DNA of 39,223 nucleotides from an uncultured Hyphomicrobiaceae bacterium (GCA_964352165.1 CAYGRH010000001.1:1-39223), one strand, 5' to 3'. Counted from the first letter of the stretch, positions 17,466 through 27,225 are shown. The notes: generated by a model not told the origin, from the letters alone. Made by a program: numbers and translations.

Positions 17466-17753
17466 ACGTCTCCGATTGCTTCCGGAGGCGGACGGCTGTC
17501 GCATCAAACATCTGAACTTGGCTCGGTGCGCTATCGACAACGGACTGGCTCCAGCAAGAAAACGAAATCTCTTGCCAATGAGATGCACTCCGAGCCCAAA
17601 GGGTTCGCAACGTTCCAACTATTTTTCGCAATCTCAAGGTGTGGAGGAGATTTAGAGAAAAGTAGAAACGTTCACGAAAATTAAATAAACTTTTGGCGTA
17701 TGCTGGAAGAATTCCGATTCGAATAGTTTGTGCCTTGCGGCCGGAGCTTTACG

Positions 17754-20348
17754 ATGCCTAACAGAATTGGCAATGCCCATCGCCATCTCAGCTTGCTCGG
17801 GCTCTACCCGACGATTTTCGTCGTGGTTTTACTCATTGGGATCGCGTGGACAACGGCTGTCAATCGCGGCATTCAGTCAGCTCACGAAGAAATGTTGTTG
17901 CTAGAAGGAAAACTCAAGAACGTCGGTGTAACGCTCTCGCATAATGTGGCGCGAACGTCGAGCGAGCTCGACACGCTACTCCAATTTATGCGAGCTATGC
18001 GAAAGTCGAAAAGTACCGAGGTTCCGTGGTCTGAAATAGTGTCGGAAGACTACACGCTTAACCGGCATACAGTACAAATTGCTGTCATTGCAAAAGATGG
18101 AATGATGGTGACTAGCACAAAGATGCTCAACCCACAGAAGCCAGTTGACTTAAGCGATCGGGAGCATTATCGCGTCCACCTTCATGGGAGCAGCGACCAG
18201 CTTTTTATTAGTAAACCCGTAATTGGTCGCGCCTCCAAAAAATGGAGTGTTCAATACACGCGCCCCCTTTACGACTCTGCCGGTGCTTTCGACGGGGCAA
18301 TTGTTGTTTCCTTCGATCCGGATAAATTCACGCAAATGTATGAAAAATTAGACCTTGGAAATGGTGGCGTTATTATCGTCGGGACCGACTCTATAGTGCG
18401 CGCAGCCTCTGGACTTTTTTCGAGTTCTCTAGGCTCCAGAATTGAAATGTCGGGACATGGAGTCAAGTTCTTGCAATCTGACGGGGTCAAATCGATCGAT
18501 TCTGATCAGAATCGCTTCAAGGATATCGTGTACGTGACGCAGGATGTCGAGGGATACCCGCTGAAAGTTATTGTCGCTGCAGAGGCAAGGATATCGTTCT
18601 TTTCGATTGGCAATGCAATATATTTGCTAGTTGCTGCGGTTTTCTCGGTTATTGCGATCTATATTGGTGTAAGCAATTACTCGCATCGTCGAAGGGAGCT
18701 GGAGTTATTGGGTGAAAGCAATGCGGCCCTGATTGACAAGGGTGTCGCAGAAGCAGCCAACAAAACAAAAGGCGAGTTCTTAGCAATAATGAGCCACGAA
18801 ATTCGTACACCGCTAAATGGTGTTCTAGGATCACTGGACCTCATTTCCAGCCACAAACTTCCAGCAGAAGCTATGAAAAGCTTGGATGTTGCAAAGTCTT
18901 CGAGCGAATATCTGCTCTCACTTATCGACGACATACTCGTTTATTCAAAACTCGAAGCCGGAAAAATTGAACTCGATAAACAGCCGTTCTCACTCCTTAA
19001 GTTCATAGGGGATCTAGAGGTTTTCTTTCGGCCGCTTACGGAGTCGACGGATAACAAGTTTTGCGTTCAAATATTGGGTGAAATTCCGGGTCAAGTTTTA
19101 GGCGACCAGTTCAGGCTCCGGCAGGTTTTGCTCAATTTACTAGGGAATGCCAACAAGTTTACTAGCGCGGGGAGTATTCAACTGACTGTTCGCTCGCAAA
19201 GTAGCGCTGATCAAACTTCTGCGAAAATTCAGTTCTCGATAGAAGACACAGGGGTAGGAATACCCATCGATAAGCAAGCCTTGGTCTTCGAAAAATTTCA
19301 ATCTTTGGACGCAAGCTATTCGAGAAGATCGGATGGTACTGGTCTTGGCCTCGCCATTTGTAACAGTATAATGCGTGCCATGGGTAGTCGCTTGAACTTA
19401 GTCAGCGAATATGGTGTCGGAAGCACATTCTTTTTCGAAGTCGAATTACCCAAAGCTGAAAATGAAAATTTAATGCTTCAAGCGGTTCGAAAAGCCATTT
19501 CTAAAACCGACTTCAGAACATTAAGTATTCTGCTGGCGGAAGACAATGAAACTAACGCCTACATAGCGACAGAGTGCTTGGTTCGCGAGGGACATTCGGT
19601 GGTCCGCGCTACAGACGGAGTCCAAGCCGTTGCTCGGGCAAACGCGGTGCAATACGATCTCATCTTGATGGATGTATCTATGCCGAACATGGATGGCTTG
19701 ACGGCATCACTAGCGATCCGGTCTCATCATGGTCCCAATCAATTTACACCAATCGTCGCCCTGACCGCGCATGCAGAATCTGGAACGGAGGAAAAGATCA
19801 GAGAGTGTGGGATGAACGCATATTTGACGAAGCCCATTCGGCGAGAACGGCTGTTGATTGCAGTTCAAGAATTTAGTGTTCAATCTGCGGTCAACTTGTT
19901 GCGGACGAATAACGCCCTGATTGCTTCAAATGATTCTCAAGGGGACCTATCGATGTGCGTTAGTGATTGTGAATTAGAATCGGATGGCCTTGCTGCCTTC
20001 CTCCGCGATAGGGAAATCGATGAGTCATCTCCGTTATTCAGAATTTTTATAACCGAGATGGATACAAAGAGAACCCTTCTTGATCAAGCTATAGCCGAAA
20101 AGAATATTAAAGCGGTCGGGCGCATCGCTCATGCTGTTTTGGGGAGTTCATCAACAATCGGTGCCGCCAAGCTCGCCGCGCATTGCAGGCTTTTGGAAGC
20201 CGAATGTCGCAGTCCTCGCCAAGTCGACTGGCGCCTTGCTATATCGACTCTGCACGCGATCGACAGCACTGTTAACGATTTCAAGGCCATCGTTGCCACG
20301 ATGTCGGAACGAAAGAAAGTCGAGGTAGCAACTGTTTCCGCCGCCTAG
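17754..20348 (+). CDS. Hybrid sensor histidine kinase: TM, Cache-like periplasmic domain, TM, HisKA, HATPase, REC, Hpt
   Basis: DREHYRVHL...ISKPVIGRASKKWSVQYTRPLYD (Cache-like). FLAIMSHEIRTPLNGV (H-box). GTGLGLAICNSIM. ILLAEDNETN...LILMDVSMPNMDG (REC). HAVLGSSSTIGAAKL (Hpt). Confidence 0.9.
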   Translation: MPNRIGNAHRHLSLLGLYPTIFVVVLLIGIAWTTAVNRGIQSAHEEMLLLEGKLKNVGVTLSHNVARTSSELDTLLQFMRAMRKSKSTEVPWSEIVSEDYTLNRHTVQIAVIAKDGMMVTSTKMLNPQKPVDLSDREHYRVHLHGSSDQLFISKPVIGRASKKWSVQYTRPLYDSAGAFDGAIVVSFDPDKFTQMYEKLDLGNGGVIIVGTDSIVRAASGLFSSSLGSRIEMSGHGVKFLQSDGVKSIDSDQNRFKDIVYVTQDVEGYPLKVIVAAEARISFFSIGNAIYLLVAAVFSVIAIYIGVSNYSHRRRELELLGESNAALIDKGVAEAANKTKGEFLAIMSHEIRTPLNGVLGSLDLISSHKLPAEAMKSLDVAKSSSEYLLSLIDDILVYSKLEAGKIELDKQPFSLLKFIGDLEVFFRPLTESTDNKFCVQILGEIPGQVLGDQFRLRQVLLNLLGNANKFTSAGSIQLTVRSQSSADQTSAKIQFSIEDTGVGIPIDKQALVFEKFQSLDASYSRRSDGTGLGLAICNSIMRAMGSRLNLVSEYGVGSTFFFEVELPKAENENLMLQAVRKAISKTDFRTLSILLAEDNETNAYIATECLVREGHSVVRATDGVQAVARANAVQYDLILMDVSMPNMDGLTASLAIRSHHGPNQFTPIVALTAHAESGTEEKIRECGMNAYLTKPIRRERLLIAVQEFSVQSAVNLLRTNNALIASNDSQGDLSMCVSDCELESDGLAAFLRDREIDESSPLFRIFITEMDTKRTLLDQAIAEKNIKAVGRIAHAVLGSSSTIGAAKLAAHCRLLEAECRSPRQVDWRLAISTLHAIDSTVNDFKAIVATMSERKKVEVATVSAA

Positions 20349-20427
20349 GGTCCCAGTGGCTAAAGTATTCCTCAACGCGCTCCTTGTCGCCCGGAACCCG
20401 CACAAACCGCGATAGGTGCTGCGAAAA

Positions 20428-21186
20428 TTAGTCCATAAACCAGGGCTTTACACTTGTACCTTTCTTGATCGAATACATGTAGAATATCGGAAGGTTGGGG
20501 GGGAAAATCGCGCGGAAGTCGGCTCCGTTGAACGTGATGAAAATAGAATTCGGGAAAACCTCTTGAACAGCTAGGCGCTCGATCATATTCATGCGGAAAT
20601 AGTCCAGAGCCCCTTTCCGTGCGCAACCATCACCTCGATACCATTTTGCGGCGCACTCCACTAGTTTTTCCGTTAACTCATGTTCGTGAGGAGCCAGGTC
20701 CTGCTGACGCGATTCCATGTTTATTTTTGCTTTCCGACATACTTCACTCAGTCGAGCAACAGTGAACAAGCGCGGATCCGCATGCATACGAATATCATTT
20801 CCATAGAAATTGATTTCCTCAGGATCGTAGCCGTTTAAATGGGCGTGTGTATCGGTATAAAGGATGTCAAAACTAGCGCCCCTATTGTACGCCTCACATA
20901 TTCTCTCCGCCATTCCAGTGAGAAAAGTTAGGCACTTATCTTCATTGATGCCGGCATGGGTACGGCGCCCTTTGCCCCAGTACATGACGAAGCTGATTGG
21001 CTCGCTTCTTCGGATGGCATTCGAGACGAAACGCCGCAAAAGCGTGTTATCGGAGGGCTGAGACCTTTTGTAGCTCCACTTATTGAAGCTTTTCAATGCG
21101 CTATCCACAAGCTGTGAATGGTTGGTCTCGGACAGACTTTCAACGGGCGAAGCGTCATCAACGCGATACTGGCCAGCCAAATACAT
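20428..21186 (-). CDS. Hypothetical 252-aa cytoplasmic protein, family not recognised
   Basis: A long clean ORF with coding-like composition and conserved-looking blocks EPISFVMYWGKG, DILYTDTHAHLNGY and IFITFNG. Confidence 0.65.
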   Translation of the reverse strand: MYLAGQYRVDDASPVESLSETNHSQLVDSALKSFNKWSYKRSQPSDNTLLRRFVSNAIRRSEPISFVMYWGKGRRTHAGINEDKCLTFLTGMAERICEAYNRGASFDILYTDTHAHLNGYDPEEINFYGNDIRMHADPRLFTVARLSEVCRKAKINMESRQQDLAPHEHELTEKLVECAAKWYRGDGCARKGALDYFRMNMIERLAVQEVFPNSIFITFNGADFRAIFPPNLPIFYMYSIKKGTSVKPWFMD

Positions 21187-21592
21187 TCATTAAACTCCAT
21201 CATGATTTTCAAATCGTGCGGTGGCGATTAAGGAGGTTCCCTTCACTTCTTTTTATTCTTTTCGGGCATAGAACGCCAAGCTTTCTTCCAGCTACCGACG
21301 CCGAAGCATTTTAAAATCAAAAACGCAGGCTGTTGCGTTGTGGAGGACGCGGCGTTCAAAGCCCCTTGCCAAGTTGCGTGTAGAGCTAACTCTCTTGATC
21401 CTACCGACATGCGTTATGAGCTAGTTTTTGATAGCAGTCCAAATCGCCGGATTTGGTCAGGCTAAAGTCTGAGGGCGCGCCCTGGATGGATATCGAGGCG
21501 ATCAAAAGGAACAAATCCTACCAGAATACTAAGACACCATTAGAGCTTGATCCTAATTTTCATGACAAGACAACCTCCTCAAAAATGGGGAG

Positions 21593-22366
21593 TTGACACT
21601 CGTCCTTCTTGCAAGCAGGGAGAAGGCATTCGAAGAGGAGGAGCTTACTTTGGCTTGTGTCGTGCGTTTTCTTGCTCACGGTGACGCCGCGTTGCTGGTC
21701 GAGTTCGGTGACAAGATACGGGGTGATATCAATGCCCGTGTTCTGGCGCTTGATAGGCGTATTGGCAATCAGGGGCTGGTTGGTTTCATAGAAGCAGTGC
21801 CAACCTATCGGTCACTGCTGATCCATTACGACCCACTTCAAACGACTTTCGGAAAGCTGCGGACGTCCGTCCGAGAGGCTTTGGCTGAAACGGATGATGT
21901 TGTGTTTAGTACGAACCGGAATTGGTCGGTACCTGTCGTCTACGGAGGAGAGGCTGGTATCGATATTGATTGGCTTGCTGCGCAACACGGTATCGATCGG
22001 CGGACGTTAATAGCCATTCACAGTAATGGATGCTATCGGGTCTGCATGATCGGGTTCATGCCAGGTTTTGCATATTTGAGCGGCCTTGATCCTAGTGTTG
22101 CAACTCCGCGGAGGAAAGAACCTCGACCTCACGCACCACAAGGTACGATTTCGATTGGCGGTGAGCAGACCGCAGTTCAGTCGGTAGCAGGCCCAAGTGG
22201 TTGGCACTGGATCGGGCGTACTCCACTTAAAGTTTACGACCCTCACCGCACCCCGATATGCCTCTTTGAGCCCGGTGACACGCTTCGATTTATCCCTATT
22301 GCCGAAGAAATGTGGGACGAAGAAACGCTCAAATGCGAATCCGCCATTCACGAGTCGATACCATGA
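21593..22366 (+). CDS. pxpB: 5-oxoprolinase subunit PxpB (KipI / allophanate hydrolase subunit 1 family)
   Basis: GDAALLVEFGD, VPTYRSLLIHYDP, IGFMPGFAYLSGLDP, RRKEPRPHAPQGTISIGGEQTAV, GPSGWHWIGRTP. The true start is probably TTG at 21650, which sits 6 nt after gaggaggag. Confidence 0.8.
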   Translation: MTLVLLASREKAFEEEELTLACVVRFLAHGDAALLVEFGDKIRGDINARVLALDRRIGNQGLVGFIEAVPTYRSLLIHYDPLQTTFGKLRTSVREALAETDDVVFSTNRNWSVPVVYGGEAGIDIDWLAAQHGIDRRTLIAIHSNGCYRVCMIGFMPGFAYLSGLDPSVATPRRKEPRPHAPQGTISIGGEQTAVQSVAGPSGWHWIGRTPLKVYDPHRTPICLFEPGDTLRFIPIAEEMWDEETLKCESAIHESIP

Positions 22367-23379
22367 GCGCTCTTCATGTACGTGCACCTGGTATTTCCAG
22401 CATCCAGGATGCCGGACGATACGGCCTTCAACGATATGGGGTGGCGCCTGCAGGGGCAATGGACTTAGGCTCGCTTGCCCTTGGCAATCTCTTGGTCGGC
22501 AATGACCCACGAGCAGCAGCGCTCGAAATCGGACCTATACCTGCGACCTTTAGGATTGAGCAAGCTCCTGCCCGAATAGCTGTAACAGGCGCATCCCGTA
22601 TTCTGAAGTCCGGTCAGCTCGTAAAACCAGACCATCAAACATTTATTGTTGCACCAGGTGAGGAGTTAGAGCTCGGCAGCGCACATAACGGCACGTTTTC
22701 GTACCTTTGTATCGAAGGATCCTTTAAGGTGGTACCTCATCTAGGAAGCAATTCCATCGACGAACGCGCCGGCCTCGGTCGACCCTTTGCCAGACGCATA
22801 CAGCGTAATGATATCCTAGAGATCGGCACCGCCGGCCCGAGGAGGGCCGAGCGACGCTCGCAACCCCCGATATTCTGTGGCACACCAATTCGAGTCATAA
22901 TGGGACCGCAGGACGATCACTTTTTCCCCGAAACCTTGAACCAATTTCTCGATTCGACTTGGCGTATCGCTCATAAAAGCGACCGAATGTGCTTTAGACT
23001 AGACGGACCTCTCCTAGCGCACGCACGAGGTTACAATATTGTTTCCGACGCCACAGTGAAAGGATCTATCCAAATCGCTGGTAGCGGTCAGCCATACGTA
23101 TTGATGGCCGATCGAGGAACGACTGGCGGTTACCCAAAAATTGCAGCTATCGCAACTATTGACATTGACCGTTTTGCGCAATGCCCTCCTGGTACTGAGA
23201 TTCGGTTCCAAGCAATATCACTTCTGGAAGCGCAGTCATTACTTCAAAAAATAGCCATGCCTCCGCGGCTTGAGCTCTTAACGGGTCTTCCCCTCATCGA
23301 CATAGATGCCCTCCATATTGCCAACTTGGCAGGTGAAGTTACGGACGCAAGAGCCGACGATCATTACTGTTTTTCATAG
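22363..23379 (+). CDS. pxpC: 5-oxoprolinase subunit PxpC (KipA / allophanate hydrolase subunit 2 family)
   Basis: ATGA overlap with pxpB. Motifs SSIQDAGRYGLQRYGVAPAGAMD, LGNLLVGN and ADRGTTGGYPKIA. Confidence 0.8.
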   Translation: MSALHVRAPGISSIQDAGRYGLQRYGVAPAGAMDLGSLALGNLLVGNDPRAAALEIGPIPATFRIEQAPARIAVTGASRILKSGQLVKPDHQTFIVAPGEELELGSAHNGTFSYLCIEGSFKVVPHLGSNSIDERAGLGRPFARRIQRNDILEIGTAGPRRAERRSQPPIFCGTPIRVIMGPQDDHFFPETLNQFLDSTWRIAHKSDRMCFRLDGPLLAHARGYNIVSDATVKGSIQIAGSGQPYVLMADRGTTGGYPKIAAIATIDIDRFAQCPPGTEIRFQAISLLEAQSLLQKIAMPPRLELLTGLPLIDIDALHIANLAGEVTDARADDHYCFS

Positions 23380-23415
23380 TAGAGTTTGTATTTTTGGGAG
23401 TTGACGAGAATTTAC

Positions 23416-24147
23416 TTAACGGAATAACATTTGCGTCCCTATGAAGAATAAGACCCACAGGACCATCGCCTTAAAACGTGACGGAGAAACCCTCTCCCTC
23501 AATCGGACACCTACTGCCATTCCCGCCAGTGCAGGAACAATCGCTAAAATAGAACAGATTGCCAACTGCATTGTGAGTACTCCCGTTAATGCGAGCCCTA
23601 AAGAAAGGGCGGAAGTCGCGACTAGGACTACAATATTGATTGCTTGAACGGTTCTGTGAGCATCAAGATTCAGAGCTAAGATGTAAGGCACAATTGGCAC
23701 AACCTGAGAGCCCGTTAGACCGGTAAGTATTCCATTTGTGAAGCCTACTGGAATTTCAAGCGGTTTGTGGAGCCGGGTTGCAAGTCTAAAATCTGGTTTA
23801 AGTAGCCCGAAAACAGAATACGACAATATAGCTATGCCAAGCACTCTTGCGGCTAGCGTTTGATCCACCCAAAGAAGCAAACCGATGCCAAGCGCAATCC
23901 CGGGCAACATTGAGATATATAGCCACCTGAAGGTCAAAATCGTTTCAGAAAAATGGCTCGACGCAAGAATCAATCCGATATTCGTTGCTACCGCAGGCGC
24001 AAGAACAACCGCCATCGCTGTTTTAAGTCCGAGTGCCAAAACAAGGAACGGTAACGCGCAGGATGCGTAACCCAAGCCGGTTGCACCCTTGATGATCCCA
24101 GCCATGAAAAGGCCGATCCCTGCAATCGCTACAATATCAGCTGTCAT
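23416..24147 (-). CDS. TauE/SafE (TSUP) family membrane permease
   Basis: A 243-aa polytopic membrane protein with a Gly-rich first helix (GIIKGATGLGYASCALPFL) and an internal repeat architecture typical of the family. Confidence 0.7.
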   Translation of the reverse strand: MTADIVAIAGIGLFMAGIIKGATGLGYASCALPFLVLALGLKTAMAVVLAPAVATNIGLILASSHFSETILTFRWLYISMLPGIALGIGLLLWVDQTLAARVLGIAILSYSVFGLLKPDFRLATRLHKPLEIPVGFTNGILTGLTGSQVVPIVPYILALNLDAHRTVQAINIVVLVATSALSLGLALTGVLTMQLAICSILAIVPALAGMAVGVRLRERVSPSRFKAMVLWVLFFIGTQMLFR

Positions 24148-24877
24148 TGATGTTCATATTTCGAAAAGGTGGATGCCAATATAGCGGCTAGTAGGCGCGG
24201 AAGGTGCAATAGTCTTTCAATCTTCAACGAAATAAAGTTAGGGTCAAATGATTTCTAGAAGTTCAGGCGAGCCCTAAACTGCCTCTTTGGGAAACGGTTC
24301 AGTGGCTCCCTTGGGCGTCGAGACGGGCCATTTTCTTGCTAGCTATAATTCAATATTGCAAGGTAGTTGCACCGCACGTCCTTTGATTAGTAAAGTGACG
24401 TAGCCTGACGAACCGAGGAATCTTTTGTCAAGACTTGGCTGCCGAGCAGTATTGAATGCTGGGCCCTGCCAATAGTCTTTCTCGTTAAAGAGGCGACTGT
24501 GACTGACTATTTCTGGACAGCCTCTAGTGATGAACAGCAACACATAGGGGCAGGGTCACGGGACATCGCTCGAGGACCTACGCACCAACGGCAACCTGAT
24601 CGTGTGATCTTCACCACACCGGCGAGAGAATAATTGGGTGCAACAGCGATGCTGCGCCCAACCCCGATTGTCTTGCTTGACTGGTCGAAGAAATAGCTGA
24701 ACAGATAGTTGATTCTCAACCGCAGGTAGGTGGGCGGCGCCTGTTGATTGGGGATTTTTCGTTCTCATGATCGTTAATCAAAATTCTGGGACATTATGGG
24801 GGTCCCTTTGTGATTTGAGTGCGGCGGCAAGGTTGCCAACCAACGTTTTCATTGCGCAGTTCAGGGGGCGGGGACCG

Positions 24878-26287
24878 ATGTTGAAAAACAAAGCAACAAT
24901 GCTTTGCCCATTTGCAGGCATTTGCACCCGTTTGGCAGCCATGGTGCTTTTCTTAGCTTGGTCGCTCATGCCTTATCCAACTTCCGCCGATACCCTAAGT
25001 GGCGTTGTGCTGGAGGCGCTCGATACAAACCCGGAACTCGGAGCGATTCGCTACAACCGGGACGCGATCGACCAGGAGTTGCGGGCCGCCCGCGGCCTGG
25101 GCCTTCCCACCCTGGACGTGAAGAGTGAATTCGGCCGTCACCGCGACAGCCTCAAGACGCCGCTGGGGATCGAAAACTCCGACGATTGGCATGCCCATCG
25201 TGACGTGTCTCTGATTATGTCGCAGCGGGTCTTCGATGGCTTCGAGCGCACACATGAAGTTGCCCGCCAGAAAAACCGCGTGGAGTCCGCCCGCTGGCGC
25301 GTTGCCGACACGGCGAACTCCATCGCTCTGCGCACCGTCCAGGCCTACTTCGAGGTGCAGCGCTCAGCCTCCGTCCTGGCCGCGGCCCAGTCCAATCTCT
25401 CCGCCCTCGAAGGGTTGCGCGCCCGTGTCTATGCCCGCGTTGATGCGGGCCACGGCAACGCCGCTGAGGAGACAGAAGCAGGTTCGCGGGTTGCCAATGC
25501 GAGCGCCCTGGTGATCGAAGCTCAGGCCCGGCTCGAAGACGCCAGATCGCTGTTCCGCTCCGTCGTCGGTCGTGGACCGGGGAGCCTCGCAGGTGCCCAG
25601 GTGCCAAGGAAGGCTTTGCCCTCAACCGTTGAAGCCGCTGTCGCCGAAGCGCGCCGCGCAGCGCCTTCGATCATCGCAACCCAGCACGATACGGTTGCCG
25701 CTCAAGCCTCCATCGGCTCAGCTTACTCACGCTTCTACCCCAAGCTCAACGTCGAATTGTCCACCTACCACGGCAAGGGCATCGATCAGGACAGCGATCG
25801 CGACCTGGATGCCCGCGCTATGCTGGTCGTGCGCTGGAACCTCTTCAACGGCGGCATCGACCGCGCCCGCATTCACGAAGCAGCCGCCCGCGCCGGCGAA
25901 GCTTCCGAAATCGCAGCCAACACGCAACGAATCGTAGAGCGCGAAACGCGTGTGTCATGGAATGCGATGGTTGCCGCGCACGGCCGGGTGCCGACTCTGC
26001 GCAAACAGTTGCAGCTCGCCCGCGCCACGCGCGCCACCTACTCCGATCAATTCGATACCGGTGCCCGCAGGCTCCTCGATCTCCTAGACGCACAAAGCGA
26101 AGTCTTCGTCGCAGAAGCCGCCCTGCGCACCGAGGAGTTCATTGGCACGTTCAATTCGTTCCGCGTTCTGGCCGCAATGGGCAAGCTCGTCTGGGCGCTC
26201 GGTATGGACATGCCGCCACAGGCTGTTGACCCCCATCAGCAATCGATCTTCGACAGTTGGAAAACGACCGTAATCCGACACGACTAA
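24878..26287 (+). CDS. TolC-family outer membrane efflux / type I secretion protein
   Basis: Signal peptide, then LSGVVLEALDTNPELGAIRYNRDAIDQELRAARG, and a second repeat EAVAEARRAAPSIIATQHDTVAAQASIGSAYSRFYPKLN. No adjacent ABC or MFP genes. The start is ambiguous between 24878 and 24899. Confidence 0.8.
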   Translation: MLKNKATMLCPFAGICTRLAAMVLFLAWSLMPYPTSADTLSGVVLEALDTNPELGAIRYNRDAIDQELRAARGLGLPTLDVKSEFGRHRDSLKTPLGIENSDDWHAHRDVSLIMSQRVFDGFERTHEVARQKNRVESARWRVADTANSIALRTVQAYFEVQRSASVLAAAQSNLSALEGLRARVYARVDAGHGNAAEETEAGSRVANASALVIEAQARLEDARSLFRSVVGRGPGSLAGAQVPRKALPSTVEAAVAEARRAAPSIIATQHDTVAAQASIGSAYSRFYPKLNVELSTYHGKGIDQDSDRDLDARAMLVVRWNLFNGGIDRARIHEAAARAGEASEIAANTQRIVERETRVSWNAMVAAHGRVPTLRKQLQLARATRATYSDQFDTGARRLLDLLDAQSEVFVAEAALRTEEFIGTFNSFRVLAAMGKLVWALGMDMPPQAVDPHQQSIFDSWKTTVIRHD

Positions 26288-26804
26288 GATTTCATCGATA
26301 GCGAAAGCCGTGGAGTTCGTGACCAAATACTTTCTTTAAGTTCATTGTATTTTTCAATGTAAGCGGAAATTTAGTGTGCCAGGACCGAAGGACCCAATAT
26401 AGGGTAAAGCATTTTGAACACACGAATGCAGTTTCGTGGTTTGTCCAGGTGGATTGCTTTGGAATTTCCACTCCTGGCTCAGCATCGCGGTTTGCGGTTC
26501 GACAGCGAGCCCCCGTGGTAGTGTAAAAATCGGAACGCTACGGTCTTTACTATCAAGATTGGTGGCGCCGCTCTCCGCCTCACGTCCTGATTAATGCGAT
26601 ACCGGCCCGTCGGTGGCAAAAGAGGTCGAAAACTCTAGCTCCTAGTGAGGGCGCATTGGGGAGCGGATCACTTCCGTTGCGGCAGCTCAAGCGGACGTTT
26701 CGGAGCGTGGCGGAACGGTCAAAAGTGCCCCCGGCCGGACTTTCTCAACCTCGTTCGCAGGATTAAAGTCTCGACAATTGTTAATCAGAACTCGGCTTTC
26801 ACCC

Positions 26805-27225
26805 ATGCCTATGCCGCTTGAATACTCCAACGCCTCTCAGGATTTCGAAGCGTTCTTGGATGACGCCGTGGAGGAATTGGATTTGGCCACGAGAACATGA
26901 CCTACACTACTATTCAAGCAGTACTCGTGGTATTTCGGCGCCGCTTAACATTCCGTGAGGCGATTGCCTTTGCGGCCGTACTTCCAGCCGTCCTTCGGGC
27001 CATTTTTGTTGCTGACTGGGAGCTAAGCGCAGAACGCCTAACTTTTGGTACAGTCGACACCATGAATGACGAGGTCAAGCTCCTCTGTCGCAATCACAAT
27101 TTTCACCTGATAATTCCATTCAGCGGGTCGCCAAGGTCCTGCAACGCCACGATGACAATGATCGGTTGAGGCGCGTTGTTACGCAAATTTCCCCCGAAGC
27201 TGAGGGCTATTGGCGGACCAGCTAG
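26805..27225 (+). pseudogene. DUF2267-like gene broken by two frameshifts
   Basis: Three consecutive frames read as one protein. First MPMPLEYSNASQDFEAFLDDAVEELDLATR. Then TYTTIQAVLVVFRRRLTFREAIAFAAVLPAVLRAIFVADWE (track ORF 26897). Then PDNSIQRVAKVLQRHDDNDRLRRVVTQISPEAEGYWRTS, ending at TAG 27223-27225. Confidence 0.55.

Noticed and set aside
21540-21580. Strong GAGGAGG followed by a 7-codon ORF (MKIRIKL) on the minus strand, as a possible leader peptide for the 252-aa gene
   Set aside because: It is too short, and it lies about 350 nt from the gene with no obvious attenuator structure. The same bases lie just upstream of pxpB on the other strand, so the match may be coincidental.
24150-24766. 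Minus-strand ORFs 24343-24543 and 24507-24719, which can be joined by one frameshift, as a possible decayed gene
   Set aside because: No recognisable family or motif was seen in either piece. I cannot tell a gene remnant from chance ORFs without a database search.
25215-26093. Several 80-136-aa ORFs on both strands inside tolC
   Set aside because: These are GC-rich shadow frames (Arg/Pro/Ala-rich) within a gene whose + frame shows the TolC repeat structure.
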